Shown: piece after piece, positions 29,922 through 41,132 of the stretch | Numbering within the stretch: position 1 is the first letter of the stretch | Layout of the letters: the number at the start of each line of letters is the position of its first letter | Assembly: GCA_944392135.1 (NCBI GenBank) | Contig: CALXVQ010000002.1 | Coordinates: 49,825 to 113,824 of the forward strand | Direction of reading: 5' to 3' | DNA length: 64,000 nt | Source of the DNA: an uncultured Rickettsiales bacterium | GTDB taxonomy: Bacteria; Pseudomonadota; Alphaproteobacteria; Rickettsiales; UBA1997 | Notes under the pieces: model-generated | Told to the model about the DNA's origin: nothing | Database searches by the model: none | The model's input: only the letters and a program-made list of their open reading frames with translations | Position numbers and translations under genes: made by a program

Positions 29922-30556
29922 TTAAAATGAAATTATATATTGTCACAATATTTACTTTTTTTTATTGTGTTATTGGCTATTGTTTTGAATGGGAAAAATT
30001 AGAAAAAGTTGAAAAAAATTCAAAAATTCAAAGAGAAATTATTGGATATATGAGAACTTTTTATGTTGATGAAACAAAATACCAAGAAGTTAAAAATCAA
30101 GCTGATAATTTTAAAAATACAAAGTATATGGTATATGAAAATTTTGCACATAAAGATAATAATAAACTAACAGCTTGTAATCTAATAAATTTTAATCAAA
30201 ATTATATTACTGGGATATATTTAAAGAGAATGCCAAAAAATAAAGATATTAATTTGTATGATAATTTAACTTATGAAGAATCATATATTACATACAAAGA
30301 TGGACAAAAAATAAATATTAGAGATGCAGAATTTTTTAAATGTGGCGACCTAGATATAAAAGATTGCAATAAAACTGGAAATGATGGCATTGAATGTTTA
30401 AAACAGCTACCAAGTGAATGCGAATTTATTGTTTCTTCAAACAATGGCTCTTTTTGTATAGATTTAAAAAATGACGAAACAGCTTTAATTGAATATGGAT
30501 GTGATAGCAATGGATGCGCAGAATTAAATAATTTTGTTGAATATATTTATGATTAA
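29918..30556 (+). CDS. candidate immunity protein for the M23 toxin (exported, Cys-rich)
   Basis: ATGA overlap with toxin stop; signal peptide; GCDSNGC. Confidence 0.65.
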   Translation: MIKMKLYIVTIFTFFYCVIGYCFEWEKLEKVEKNSKIQREIIGYMRTFYVDETKYQEVKNQADNFKNTKYMVYENFAHKDNNKLTACNLINFNQNYITGIYLKRMPKNKDINLYDNLTYEESYITYKDGQKINIRDAEFFKCGDLDIKDCNKTGNDGIECLKQLPSECEFIVSSNNGSFCIDLKNDETALIEYGCDSNGCAELNNFVEYIYD

Positions 30557-30737
30557 TGTAGTTAGTTATTGATTTTTGGAGCTTTAAAGTTGTCAAAATA
30601 TTAGTAAAATTATTATTTTATGGCATAATATAGTTTATGGAAATATATTTAGATAGATATATTCATATATAATAAATAAAACATTAACTAGTGAAAAATA
30701 TATAATATATTTATTTTTAAAAAATAGTATAATAAAA

Positions 30738-33269
30738 ATGATTTTATATAAAATGCAAAGCATAAATTTCAAAAACACTAAAACACATACAATTGCAAAA
30801 CATCAAACACTATTGCAAATATTTATAGTAATACTCACACTTTTTGTTATTGTTTTATCAACCACCTCGCCCGCCTATGCCATCACCCCCCAAGAGCAGC
30901 AACTCCTCAACCAGCAGCTAATCCTTCAACAGCAGCAGGAGCAGAGAAGACAACAAGAACAGAATAGATTGCAGATAGATGATATTGAAAATATAAGAAG
31001 AACTAGGGTTGGAAGTGATGGTATTGAAAGTATTGATGGAAATGATGGAGTTGGTGGTGGTGCTAATGGTAATGAGGCTGGTGGTTCTTCATCTGCTTCA
31101 AGTTGTATTAAATTCAATAGAATAGAATTAATCGGAAATACTATATATTCAACAAAATATTTACAGAGAAAAGTATTAAATAAATATATAGATAGATGTA
31201 TCAATAAAAAGAATATAGATGATATAACTAATTCTTTAATGAAGATATATATTGATGATGGCTATGCTACAACTAGGATATATTTTGATATAGGTAAACT
31301 TAAATCAGAAAATATATTTATATTTGTGATTGATGAAGGAAAGGTTAATGATATTATATTGAATAATATATATCCAGAAAAGAAGAGCAACAAGAAATTG
31401 AATAAAAAAGAAGAAAGTAAAAAAGAAAGCAAGAATACAGAAAATAAAAAAGATAAAGATAAAAACAAAGATAAAACAAATAAAGAACACAATACAATAA
31501 ACAAAGAACAGAACAAACCAAAGGAAGATAAAACTTCCTTTCTTGATAAATACAAATCATTTCGTCTAAAATCTCAAACCTTCTTCGCATTTCCATTTCT
31601 TAAAGGCAAAGAGTTTAATTTAAGAGATTTTGAACAGGGACTTGATCAGTTGAATAGATTACAGAGTAATAATGCCACACTTGATATAAGAGCAGTACAA
31701 GAAATTAAAAATGAAGAATTAGGAATTAAGAATGAGCCTTCGGCAGAGAATCAAAGAGACAAAAATAAATCAAACAAAGCTAAATCCAACAAATCCACCT
31801 TAACCAAAGCCAAACCCAACAAATCCAAAACCTCTTCCAAAATTAGCGATGATCTAATATCGGCATCAGACATAATAATCAACAATCAAAAATCTTCCCC
31901 CATATCTTTCAGTATAGGACTTGATAACAGCGGCAATAAAAGCACAGGAGAAAATCTTGCTAATATAAATTTAAGTGTAGACAATCTAATAGGTATAGAT
32001 GATAACATATATTTGAAATATACACAGGATACAGATACAGAGAATAATAAAAGATACAATAAATCATTTTACAGCAATCTATCATTTCCATTGGGCTATT
32101 GGACATTCAATACAAGTATAAGCTATTCAAAATATCTCACTACCATTAACGGATACTATACAAGCTTCCATACAAGCGGAAATACATTAACACAAATGTA
32201 TAATATAGACAGAGTATTATTTAGAAGACAACTATTTAAAATAAATGCCGGAACAAATCTAACAGTAAGAGATACAGAAAGCTATATTAGAAATTTAAAG
32301 AGTATTACAGGAAGTAGAAAATCATCAAATATCAGTCTATACCTAAACAACATTATATACACAAAACTAGGAACAATAATTATAAAGCCATCATATCAAA
32401 AAGGGCTAGACTGGTTTAATTCAAAAAAAGATGATAGCCATAACCTAATGCTAAGAACAGAACCAAAACTACAATATGATATGGTTAAACTATATGTATA
32501 TTACAACACAAGAATAAATCTACCATTGTTTACAAAGACACAGGTAATAGATCCAAATACAAACCAACCAATAATGGTGGAAAGAGAAATTAAAAATGTA
32601 AAATTAAAAATTAAAAATGAAAAGTTAAATAAAAAAATTAAAAATAAGCCTTCGGCAGAGAATCAAAGAATAAAAAACAAAGAAAGCAACAAAGAACCAA
32701 CAACCCAACTAGTCCTACTCAAAGTCAGAAACAAAATCAATCTCAACTACACCCTAACATTTGACAGCCAATACTCTTGGGACACACTATACGGAACAGA
32801 TCAATTCAGTATCGGTGGAGAATACACAGTCAGAGGATTTAGAGAAGGAACCATAAGCGGAGACAATGGCTACTACATAAGAAACGATCTATCAATAAAT
32901 CTACAACAGCTATTCCCAAAATTTATACTGAATTCAAAAATTATGAGCTATGGAAGCAATACAAATATAAGCATAAAAGGTAAAAATTTAAGACTATTCC
33001 TAAACGACTTTCTAAGCAAAGCATACATCTCCATATTCTACGACTACGGCTATGTACAAGACAAATACAGTGATGATAGCGACACAATCTACAACTCCCA
33101 AAGCGGATACATGGCAGGCGCAGGCATTGCATTAAACTACTACGGACAATACCTAAACTGGTCCTTAACCTACGCAAAGGCGCTACATGCACCTAACTAT
33201 CTACAATCAAGAGATGGCATAAAAAAAGAAGGACATAGTGTGTATTGGAGGATTGGGGGAAGGTTTTGA
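30738..33269 (+). CDS. cdiB: TpsB/CdiB (ShlB/FhaC/HecB) outer-membrane transporter
   Basis: POTRA motifs YIDDGYATTR and LRDFEQGLDQLNRL; LDNSG, IGGEYTVRGF, C-terminal Phe; carries Lys-rich insertions. Confidence 0.93.
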   Translation: MILYKMQSINFKNTKTHTIAKHQTLLQIFIVILTLFVIVLSTTSPAYAITPQEQQLLNQQLILQQQQEQRRQQEQNRLQIDDIENIRRTRVGSDGIESIDGNDGVGGGANGNEAGGSSSASSCIKFNRIELIGNTIYSTKYLQRKVLNKYIDRCINKKNIDDITNSLMKIYIDDGYATTRIYFDIGKLKSENIFIFVIDEGKVNDIILNNIYPEKKSNKKLNKKEESKKESKNTENKKDKDKNKDKTNKEHNTINKEQNKPKEDKTSFLDKYKSFRLKSQTFFAFPFLKGKEFNLRDFEQGLDQLNRLQSNNATLDIRAVQEIKNEELGIKNEPSAENQRDKNKSNKAKSNKSTLTKAKPNKSKTSSKISDDLISASDIIINNQKSSPISFSIGLDNSGNKSTGENLANINLSVDNLIGIDDNIYLKYTQDTDTENNKRYNKSFYSNLSFPLGYWTFNTSISYSKYLTTINGYYTSFHTSGNTLTQMYNIDRVLFRRQLFKINAGTNLTVRDTESYIRNLKSITGSRKSSNISLYLNNIIYTKLGTIIIKPSYQKGLDWFNSKKDDSHNLMLRTEPKLQYDMVKLYVYYNTRINLPLFTKTQVIDPNTNQPIMVEREIKNVKLKIKNEKLNKKIKNKPSAENQRIKNKESNKEPTTQLVLLKVRNKINLNYTLTFDSQYSWDTLYGTDQFSIGGEYTVRGFREGTISGDNGYYIRNDLSINLQQLFPKFILNSKIMSYGSNTNISIKGKNLRLFLNDFLSKAYISIFYDYGYVQDKYSDDSDTIYNSQSGYMAGAGIALNYYGQYLNWSLTYAKALHAPNYLQSRDGIKKEGHSVYWRIGGRF

Positions 33270-33275
33270 AAATTG

Positions 33276-33356
33276 AAGCACGAAGCCGAAACAAACGAAG
33301 CTTGCTTCGGTTTGTTAACCTGTTGGTCGGCGAAGTGTCAGCTGAGCGAAGCGAAG
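33276..33356. repeat. structured repeat copy A
   Basis: AAGCAC.AAGCCGAA...GAAGCTTGCTT...TAAC.TGTTGGTCGGCGAAGTG shared with 37045-37121; followed by GAAAATT-like heptamers. Confidence 0.75.
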
Positions 33357-33456
33357 ATGAAAATGAAAAATTGAAAATTACAGAAATTAAGAATTAAAAA
33401 TTAAAGATTAATTAAAAAGATTGGAAGACTAACATTAATTAAAAATTAAAATTAAT

Positions 33457-35607
33457 TTATATATTTAACATTCTCCTTTGTTCACTCCAATTTACTTCAT
33501 TTGCACATTTATACAAATCCAACAATGTAATTCCAAGTCCTGCCTGTCCCGATAATATAGCTTTTTTAATATCTGGTGCAAGGAATGATAGATTTAAAAT
33601 TCTTGTAATATAGGTTATGGTTTTATTCTCTCTTTTTGAAATATAGGAAATATTTATATATTTAGTTTCATTTTCATTTTTCCAAGCCTCTGCCTTTATT
33701 ATTGCACTAATTACAGCTAAATCATTTTGATTGTAGTTTGAAATTCTTTTAGTGCCAGCTTCTATAATTGAAATGTCTTTGCCTGCTGGAGTAGTTATAA
33801 AAGATCTACCAGCTTTATATCTAAAATCAACAGGTATATTAACCTCATGAGAGTAATTGCTGATTTTATTTTTGTTGTTAATTTTATTATTTTTATTATT
33901 ATTTAATTCAACATTTAAAACATCTTCAAATCCATTAATATTATTGTTGTTATTAATATCATTACTATTGATACTATTGCTATTTAATTTTGAAATATCA
34001 ATCATACCAGCATCAATTAATAGGTCAGTGATATTTTGATTATTAAATATAATTTTAACATTGAATTCAGAAATGATGATTTCTTTAATTATAGCTCTGA
34101 CAATTTGCATTTGTTCCTTTGGAAAAAGTTCATTCCATACAACTTGAATATTCTTTAAATATTTTGTTATTTCTAACTCTGTAAAGTTTTCTATTGACGA
34201 ATTATCATTATTACAGCAACCATTATTTGTATTGTTTAATTCATCCGATCTTGATTCGTATAATTTTGATTCATTCAATTTTAATTCGTTTATTGTTTCA
34301 GCAACACCATTGATAATACTTGGAGAAGATAGAACATTATAGATTTGATTTAAAACTATATTCTCAATCTGTTCAGCAGGAATATTTCCAATTCTGCATG
34401 ATGTAGAATGCTTTATTGCTTTATTGGGTTTATAATACCTATACGAGATGCCGTTTTTTTTCTTGGTAGTAAATACTGGCGTTAGAATTGAATCGCAGCA
34501 CTCACATCTCATCATGCCTTTTAATAGATAAGGCATTTTACTATTTTTCTTGGGAAGATATTTTTTTATAGATTTAGTTGAATTATTATTGGTATTGTTG
34601 GCAGTATTATTAATATTGCCATTATTATCAACGACATCATACATCTTTGTATTTATACTTTCCTTTAATATTTCTTGAACTTGATTAAATAAGTCTTCAT
34701 CAATTATAGCTTCATGCAGTCCGTCAAAGACCTTATTGATAACTTTATTCTCAATTTTGCCAATATAAATTTTATTGTTAAGTATTTTATAGATGCTGCC
34801 ACGATTAAAATTAGTTCCACCTCTTGTAAAATTACTACTTTTTGAAATAAATAATTTTGTCTTAAAATTATTCTTATTTAGAACGTCAAGAACAGAATTA
34901 ATTGATTTTGTTTTATAATATGTATTGAATATAGTCTTGACAATATTAGATTCATATTCATTTATAATTAATTTTTTATCAACAACATCATAGCCAATCG
35001 GAGTTATACCACCAGTCCACATGCCAAGACTTTGCTGCTTTCTAATTTTTTCCTTTATACGATCGCTTGTCATTTCTCTCTCAAGTTGGGCGAAGTTTAG
35101 CATCATGCCAAACGAGAATCTGCCAATAGAAGTGCTTTTGTCAAATTGTTGGGTTGCAATTTCAATATCAACATTTTTTCTCTGAAGTATATCTGCAAGT
35201 TTATAATAGTCCATATTGGAACGGCTTATTCTATCTAATTTATAAATAATGATTTTGTCAATAAGTCCTAAATTAACATCATTCAATAATTCTTTAAGAG
35301 CTGGTCTGTCAAGATTACCACCGGAGAAACCGCCATCATCATATCTTTTATTTATAACAAACCAACCATCAGATTCATGATTTTTCACAAAGCTAGCACA
35401 TGCATCGTATTGATTTTCAAGGGAATTATATTCAAGATCTAGTCCATCTTCACAGGACTTTCTTGTATATATGGCGCATCTAATTTTTTGCAATGGAAAA
35501 TTGTTTTCCATGATAAAATCAGATAAACTAGTTTTATTTAAAATATTCTTGTTATTCTTATTGTTATTATTGTTATTATTTATAATTTTATTCATAAGAT
35601 GCTCCAT
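33457..35607 (-). CDS. large serine recombinase (prophage integrase)
   Basis: CAIYTRKS, YDDGGFSGG..DRPAL, YKLDRISR, FAQLERE, zinc ribbon CECC; C-terminal LSFLAPDI extension. Confidence 0.93.
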   Translation of the reverse strand: MEHLMNKIINNNNNNNKNNKNILNKTSLSDFIMENNFPLQKIRCAIYTRKSCEDGLDLEYNSLENQYDACASFVKNHESDGWFVINKRYDDGGFSGGNLDRPALKELLNDVNLGLIDKIIIYKLDRISRSNMDYYKLADILQRKNVDIEIATQQFDKSTSIGRFSFGMMLNFAQLEREMTSDRIKEKIRKQQSLGMWTGGITPIGYDVVDKKLIINEYESNIVKTIFNTYYKTKSINSVLDVLNKNNFKTKLFISKSSNFTRGGTNFNRGSIYKILNNKIYIGKIENKVINKVFDGLHEAIIDEDLFNQVQEILKESINTKMYDVVDNNGNINNTANNTNNNSTKSIKKYLPKKNSKMPYLLKGMMRCECCDSILTPVFTTKKKNGISYRYYKPNKAIKHSTSCRIGNIPAEQIENIVLNQIYNVLSSPSIINGVAETINELKLNESKLYESRSDELNNTNNGCCNNDNSSIENFTELEITKYLKNIQVVWNELFPKEQMQIVRAIIKEIIISEFNVKIIFNNQNITDLLIDAGMIDISKLNSNSINSNDINNNNNINGFEDVLNVELNNNKNNKINNKNKISNYSHEVNIPVDFRYKAGRSFITTPAGKDISIIEAGTKRISNYNQNDLAVISAIIKAEAWKNENETKYINISYISKRENKTITYITRILNLSFLAPDIKKAILSGQAGLGITLLDLYKCANEVNWSEQRRMLNI

Positions 35608-35650
35608 AATTAAAGTTATTAAAATTACTCAAAATATATATTAAATTAAA

Positions 35651-36280
35651 TTATTGCTTCAAAGTCTTTTTAAGTTTAAAGAATACATAACCATTCCAGC
35701 GAACACCTGTTATTTTAAATGCAACAGCAGATAAGCTTTTATAGAGATTACCGTCATATTCAAACATTGTAGAATTTGTGGAATTAATATTATTATCCGT
35801 ATTGCAAGAAACTACCTTTACAATATAATCCTGACCCTTATAGCAAGTTCTAATCACAGAACCAGCAGGTGGCAGTAGATTAACATTTTTAGCTTTACCT
35901 ATAATGCCATTATCAAATTGTTTATAGCCATAGCTAGATTTTGAAATTAATTTATCTTTTGCTATTTTAAGTGATGTTTGCAATTCATAATCAGAAACAT
36001 CACTCATACAGGCGAGAGATTGAATCTTATAGGCAATACCTTTTATTAAATAATTTCTACTTAAAATATTTGGAGCAGTTTTATATAATTCAAACCACTT
36101 TAATTTTAGCTCATTCAAAGTAAGATTATTTAGGTTAAATAATTGTCTTCTTATATTTTGAGTTTGAAAGGAAATATTTGTATTATCATTGTTATAATTA
36201 CTATTATTATAATTCTTGTTACTAGCAGAGTTACAAGAACTACTGTTATAAATTAAATTTAAATCATCATTAGCAAACAT
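35651..36280 (-). CDS. DUF2924-family protein
   Basis: AYKIQ, GSVIR, YKSLSAVAFKITGVRWNGYVFF signature; canonical position upstream of recombinase. Confidence 0.9.
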   Translation of the reverse strand: MFANDDLNLIYNSSSCNSASNKNYNNSNYNNDNTNISFQTQNIRRQLFNLNNLTLNELKLKWFELYKTAPNILSRNYLIKGIAYKIQSLACMSDVSDYELQTSLKIAKDKLISKSSYGYKQFDNGIIGKAKNVNLLPPAGSVIRTCYKGQDYIVKVVSCNTDNNINSTNSTMFEYDGNLYKSLSAVAFKITGVRWNGYVFFKLKKTLKQ

Positions 36281-36438
36281 ATAAAATCCTATATTTTAAA
36301 ATAAAAATAAAAACAAAAAACGTAAAATATAAAAATTTAAAAATTATAAAATTTATAAAGTTTATAAAGTTTAAAAGTTTATAAAATTTATAAAAATAAA
36401 TCATTCCAGTATTAAACTAACAAATACTATAATTCCAG

Positions 36439-36705
36439 TCATTTATCAAAAAGATACCTTGAATTGCTTGCAATATTGTTGGAACTATTATTAAGACGAT
36501 TATTGTTATTACTAGCATTGATTTTGCCATAATTACAATTGCAAGCATGATTGTTATTACAATAGTTATTATAATAGTTCTCACTATTTTTATAATACAG
36601 ACGAATTACGCCCAAAGAAATAATATTTATAATTTTATCATTGCCATCAAGTATATTTAAAATATCATTATCTTGATCAACACGAACATCTTTTAAATCT
36701 CTCAT
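36439..36705 (-). CDS. small hypothetical protein upstream of DUF2924
   Basis: IINIISLGVIRL resembles the short ORF commonly preceding DUF2924; Asn-rich tail. Confidence 0.45.
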   Translation of the reverse strand: MRDLKDVRVDQDNDILNILDGNDKIINIISLGVIRLYYKNSENYYNNYCNNNHACNCNYGKINASNNNNRLNNSSNNIASNSRYLFDK

Positions 36706-36963
36706 TATAGTAAAAAATTATTAGCTTACTATTTTAATAAAGATAAGATCAAAAAGTGTTACCTAACTTTTACCATGAGTTTAGTAAAAATTTTAAAATT
36801 CAATAAAAAGTATACTGAAAAAATATAAATAAAATATTAGAAAATAAATAATTATTGATAATTTAATTATTTCCAAAAAGAAATCATTTATAAAACACAT
36901 CAATATAGAAGTTTTTTTACTAACTATATTGAAGTTATTTAATAATACGATAGATTTAGAAAT

Positions 36964-37044
36964 GACTGTGTCCTTCGCACCGCCACTGAATTTACAACAA
37001 AATAATATGGAAGGGATGCAGAACCCGCGATTATCGCGGTGTTC
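36964..37044. other. candidate prophage attachment site (right boundary)
   Basis: GC-rich GACTGTGTCCTTCGCACCGCCA resembling a tRNA 3' end, followed by hairpin 37021-37044; host-type repeats begin right after. Confidence 0.35.
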
Positions 37045-37121
37045 AAGCACAAAGCCGAAGCGATGGAAGCTTGCTTACAATCGCTAACTTGTTGGTCGGC
37101 GAAGTGCGAAACGAACGAAGC
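37045..37121. repeat. structured repeat copy B
   Basis: Direct-orientation homologue of 33276-33356 with compensatory stem changes. Confidence 0.75.
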
Positions 37122-37470
37122 ATAAGAAATTGAAAATTGAAAATTGAAAATTAATATTTCATTTGAAATCAATTCTTTGACTTGATAAAAAATAGTGAAT
37201 TCTTTTTCTTTTTTGTTTTTGTATTAATTATTATAATTATATAATTATTCTATTGGTGAATTTTTTTTATTTTTTCTGTGAATAAATAAAATATCAGTAA
37301 TTTATGGATTGCTTCGCTTCACTCGCAATGACGAAAGGGGGGGGGTATAGATTGCTTTGCTTCACTCGCAATGACAGTATACACAAACTCGTCATTGCGA
37401 GAGTTGCTTGCAACTCGTGGCAATTTCGGGATGGGGTATTATGGTAGTCAAACAAAATTTTGTGGCAATC
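37122..37470. repeat. composite REP/RPE-like repeat cluster
   Basis: GGATTGCTTCGCTTCACTCGCAATGAC and GTCATTGCGAG...GGCAAT units; 37122-37228 is an inverted copy of 63381-63480. Confidence 0.8.
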
Positions 37471-37674
37471 TATAAGAAATTAAAATTAATATTGATAACT
37501 TTGTATATTAGTATTACACTTTACTGTATATATTATGACAATTATATAACAATATAGTTGAAAAATAAAAATTATTTTCTAGAATTATAAAGCATACATT
37601 AGTATATAAAAATTATACTAAAATATGCTATTATTTATAAAATATTATAATAATCTTAAATATAAGGAAACATA

Positions 37675-40600
37675 TTGGAAATATTGAGTGATTTTTTAAA
37701 AATATTTTTACAAAAAAGAGAATTATTGTATCCAAATGGTATGATGTTATATGCATATCAAATGAATAGGATGGAGTATAATGATTTACAAAATAGATTA
37801 AAACTTTGCTGTCAAAATTATTCTCTTACAATTTTATTAAAAAATGATTATTTTGCTCGTTGTTTTGTTCTTTATGCTTCTGAATGGTGGAGGCGAGAAT
37901 ATAAAGGTGGTTCGTGGGCATGGGAACCAATTTTTTCTTCCATTACAAATCAAGAGTTGAAAAATAATCAAATTGGAATAAGAAGTAATGCAATTATTAG
38001 TGCATTACAATATTGGAGATATCGTATCACATCAAGATCGGGCAAAAAATATTTAGGAGCTATTGTGGCAAATGGTGGTATTCCATCTAAATTCATTCAA
38101 AATGCTAATAAAAATACACCGCTTATAAAAATTTTACATAGCAGTATAAAATTTGCCACAGAAAATATATCAAACGAATATGAATTATTATCTTATATAA
38201 AATCTTTACAAAATATACTACCAGAACCCATTAGAAAAGAAGAAATTTACGAATTACTTACACATATAGTATTAACAATTATTAAACTTAAAGTAGATTA
38301 TCAGCTTCAAGATGATCAAAACCCAATTCAAACTTTGAATCAAAAATGTCCTAATTGGAAATTACAATTTCCGCTTTTAATGGAAGATGCATCGATTGAA
38401 AAAATGTTGAATGGCTTTGTTGAAATAGCTACTCATTCAACAGCTGAACGAGTAAATGGAAAAGTCCCAATAGTTGAAAGAATTATAGACTTTGATGATT
38501 CTAATGAGTTAAAATTTTCTTTTATATTTCCAAATAATATTAAAGCTAATTATTTTTCTAAATTTTTTGGCATAAAAGATATTAATATTTTACCACAAAC
38601 ATTTTATATAAATAATTTAGATAATGATAATACAACTGTTGCTGTTGTTAATTTAATATTAGGTTCAAAACAACAATATAGGATACGATATATAAATAAT
38701 AAATTAAATGTAATTAATTCTATTATTTTATATTTATCAAGCGCTGACAATAAAATACAATCAAATTATCTCACACTATTGTCATCTATAGATATTAACA
38801 AGCCATTAGTATTTATTAAAGATAAAAATGAGAGATTAATATTAAAAGGTAATGGAAATACATATTTAAAAGAAAATGAATGTTTTATAGCATATAATGA
38901 TAAAATACAAGATTATGGTATTTTTGGTGAATATATAGATAATATATTAGTAAATGATATTGAATTAAAGTTAATAAAGTGTCAAAAAGATATTGAATAT
39001 AATGATTTTTTTGTGTATTTAAATTCACCAAACTCATCAAATAATAAGTATTGCATTGATGGTGATATTATTCCATATACAACTATTCCTTTTATTGCCT
39101 ATCGTGGAATTCCAAAAATTGTATATTATGATGAAGAAGGACAAAAAAATATCGTTCCATCAAAATATATACAATATTACTATCAAGACACATTAATTCC
39201 TATTACTGATATTTATACATTTTTTGGTAATGTAGATATAAAATGTACTCATGGAGGTTTTGCAAAAACATTTCATTCAACCATTTTTCCAAATGATACC
39301 AGTTTTAATTTTAGTGTATCAAAAAATGATTTAAGTATTATTAAAATAAATAATATAAATAATATAAAAATTGAACCATTAATTCTAGATTCTATAAAAT
39401 ATACAGTTTACAATAATAATGAGTTTTATTTTGAAAAAACAAATTTTAACCAAGATAAAATATGTTTTAAAATATATTGGCATAATAATTCATCTTTAAT
39501 ATATTTACCATTTCCATCAATTGGAGTTAATTTTTTTGATGAATATCAAAAAAATATAAATTATACTAGTATTTCTCTTTTTCACTTAATAGGAAAAAGA
39601 ATAAGAATTTTTGATAATATAAAATTATCATCAAAGTATCAATTATTGTTAGAATTATGTCAAAAAGATAATATAGACAACGATATGGATAAACATTTAT
39701 CTATAACTCGCCATATTTATACAAATGATAAAATAACAGAAATAAAATTAGTAGATTTTGAAGATAATATAAAAAATTTGTTTGGATATTCTAAAAATGA
39801 AGATGATAGCATCAAAATTTCTATTATATCAAATAATAAAAATTTAGGTTTTATTAATATTTTAAGATATGATGCTCAACTATTAATAAAAGATAATCTA
39901 ATTTATTTTTCAGAAAATAATTCATGTATTTGTAGTAATATAGATAAATTAATTACAATAACTGCAATTAATTTAATAGATGCTGATTGCCAACATATAA
40001 CCATTAAACCTAATATTGATGAAGAAAATAAGACTATTTATTGGGGTACTGAACAACTTGATATAGAAAATAATTGTTATATTTTAATCTCAAATAAAGA
40101 ATCACAAATAAATATTAAACCATTAATTTTATATAGCGAAGAAAGTTATTCAAAATTACCAGAATCTTATAAATTAGTTCTTTCTGCAAATAATGCATCT
40201 TATAAAATAGCTAAAGATATTATTACAGACATTTTTTACAAAAATATGTCAAATTTTTCATCAACAATATGGAATGATATTGATATTCTTGAGGAAATTT
40301 TTATCAATTATGATATCTCGTTAACATCGTTAAAATTTTGGCAAATAATCTGTTCTAATGAAGAAATGTTATGCAGATTAATAGTGTATTCTTCATCAAA
40401 AAAATCTATGATTAAAAAAATTAAAGAAGAATTAATATCTATTCCAGCAACTATATCATTTTCATTATGGAAAAAAATTATAAAAGAATATTTAAGTTAT
40501 ATTACGGAAATTTTTGCAGATAAGCCAGAAATATATAATTTTCTGAAACAACAATTATCAAGAACAATTTTATACTTTATATACATTATTTCCTGAAATT

Positions 40601-41131
40601 GAATTAGCTATCTATTACTCTTTGTGGGATTTATTTCCTGATTTTTCAAATATTCTTGATATGAAAGAAATTATTCCACATATTTCAAATACAAATAATA
40701 AAAATATCAAAGAATTAAATGCAGAAATTTTTACAAAACAAACATTTGATGAGAATGGGGAAGTTATAGAATTGTCTTGGATGCAACAATTACAGGCACA
40801 AAATTCATTAAATGAAGATAATTGGATTTGTTTGCCATTTGACTCAATATATAATAATTTACAGATAAACTTTTCAAAGGAATTGTTAGAAATTGAAAAT
40901 TATTTATTTAAATTAAATACTTTTACATCTTTTATTACAGATGTAGTAAATTTTCCACAAATATGTGCATTTTACGCTTTTTATCAAACAAATAATTACA
41001 ATAATCCAGATATTGATAATATAATTAAATTTTCAATTAAAGATTTTATGAATTTTAATCAAAATTATTTCATTGAAGTGTATAAAATAGCAATGTCTAT
41101 AATATTAAAATATAATAATTCTAAGGTATAA
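37675..41131 (+). pseudogene. druH: Druantia type III DruH (STY4851/ECs_5259 family), split by a +1 frameshift
   Basis: FVLYASEWWRREYKGGSWAW and GGIP motifs; second frame open from 40547 overlaps first ORF; joined length about 1151 aa. Confidence 0.75.
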
Positions 41132-41132
41132 T

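Larger units (their letters stand above)
1..36985. mobile_element. prophage (right part; contractile Mu-like tail, serine integrase) carrying a TPS toxin cargo
   Basis: Contiguous tail, lysis, DUF3489, DUF2924 and recombinase genes; head genes not in window. Confidence 0.75.

Noticed and set aside
33850-34640. Poly-Asn inserts in the recombinase (and similar tracts in baseplate J) as inteins or new domains
   Set aside because: Simple AAT/AAC expansions in probable loops; no intein motifs
36900-36990. Intact tRNA gene
   Set aside because: Only a CCGCCA-type end; no T-loop or cloverleaf
36793-37172. Two short minus-strand ORFs
   Set aside because: Overlap the candidate att site and repeat elements; no protein features
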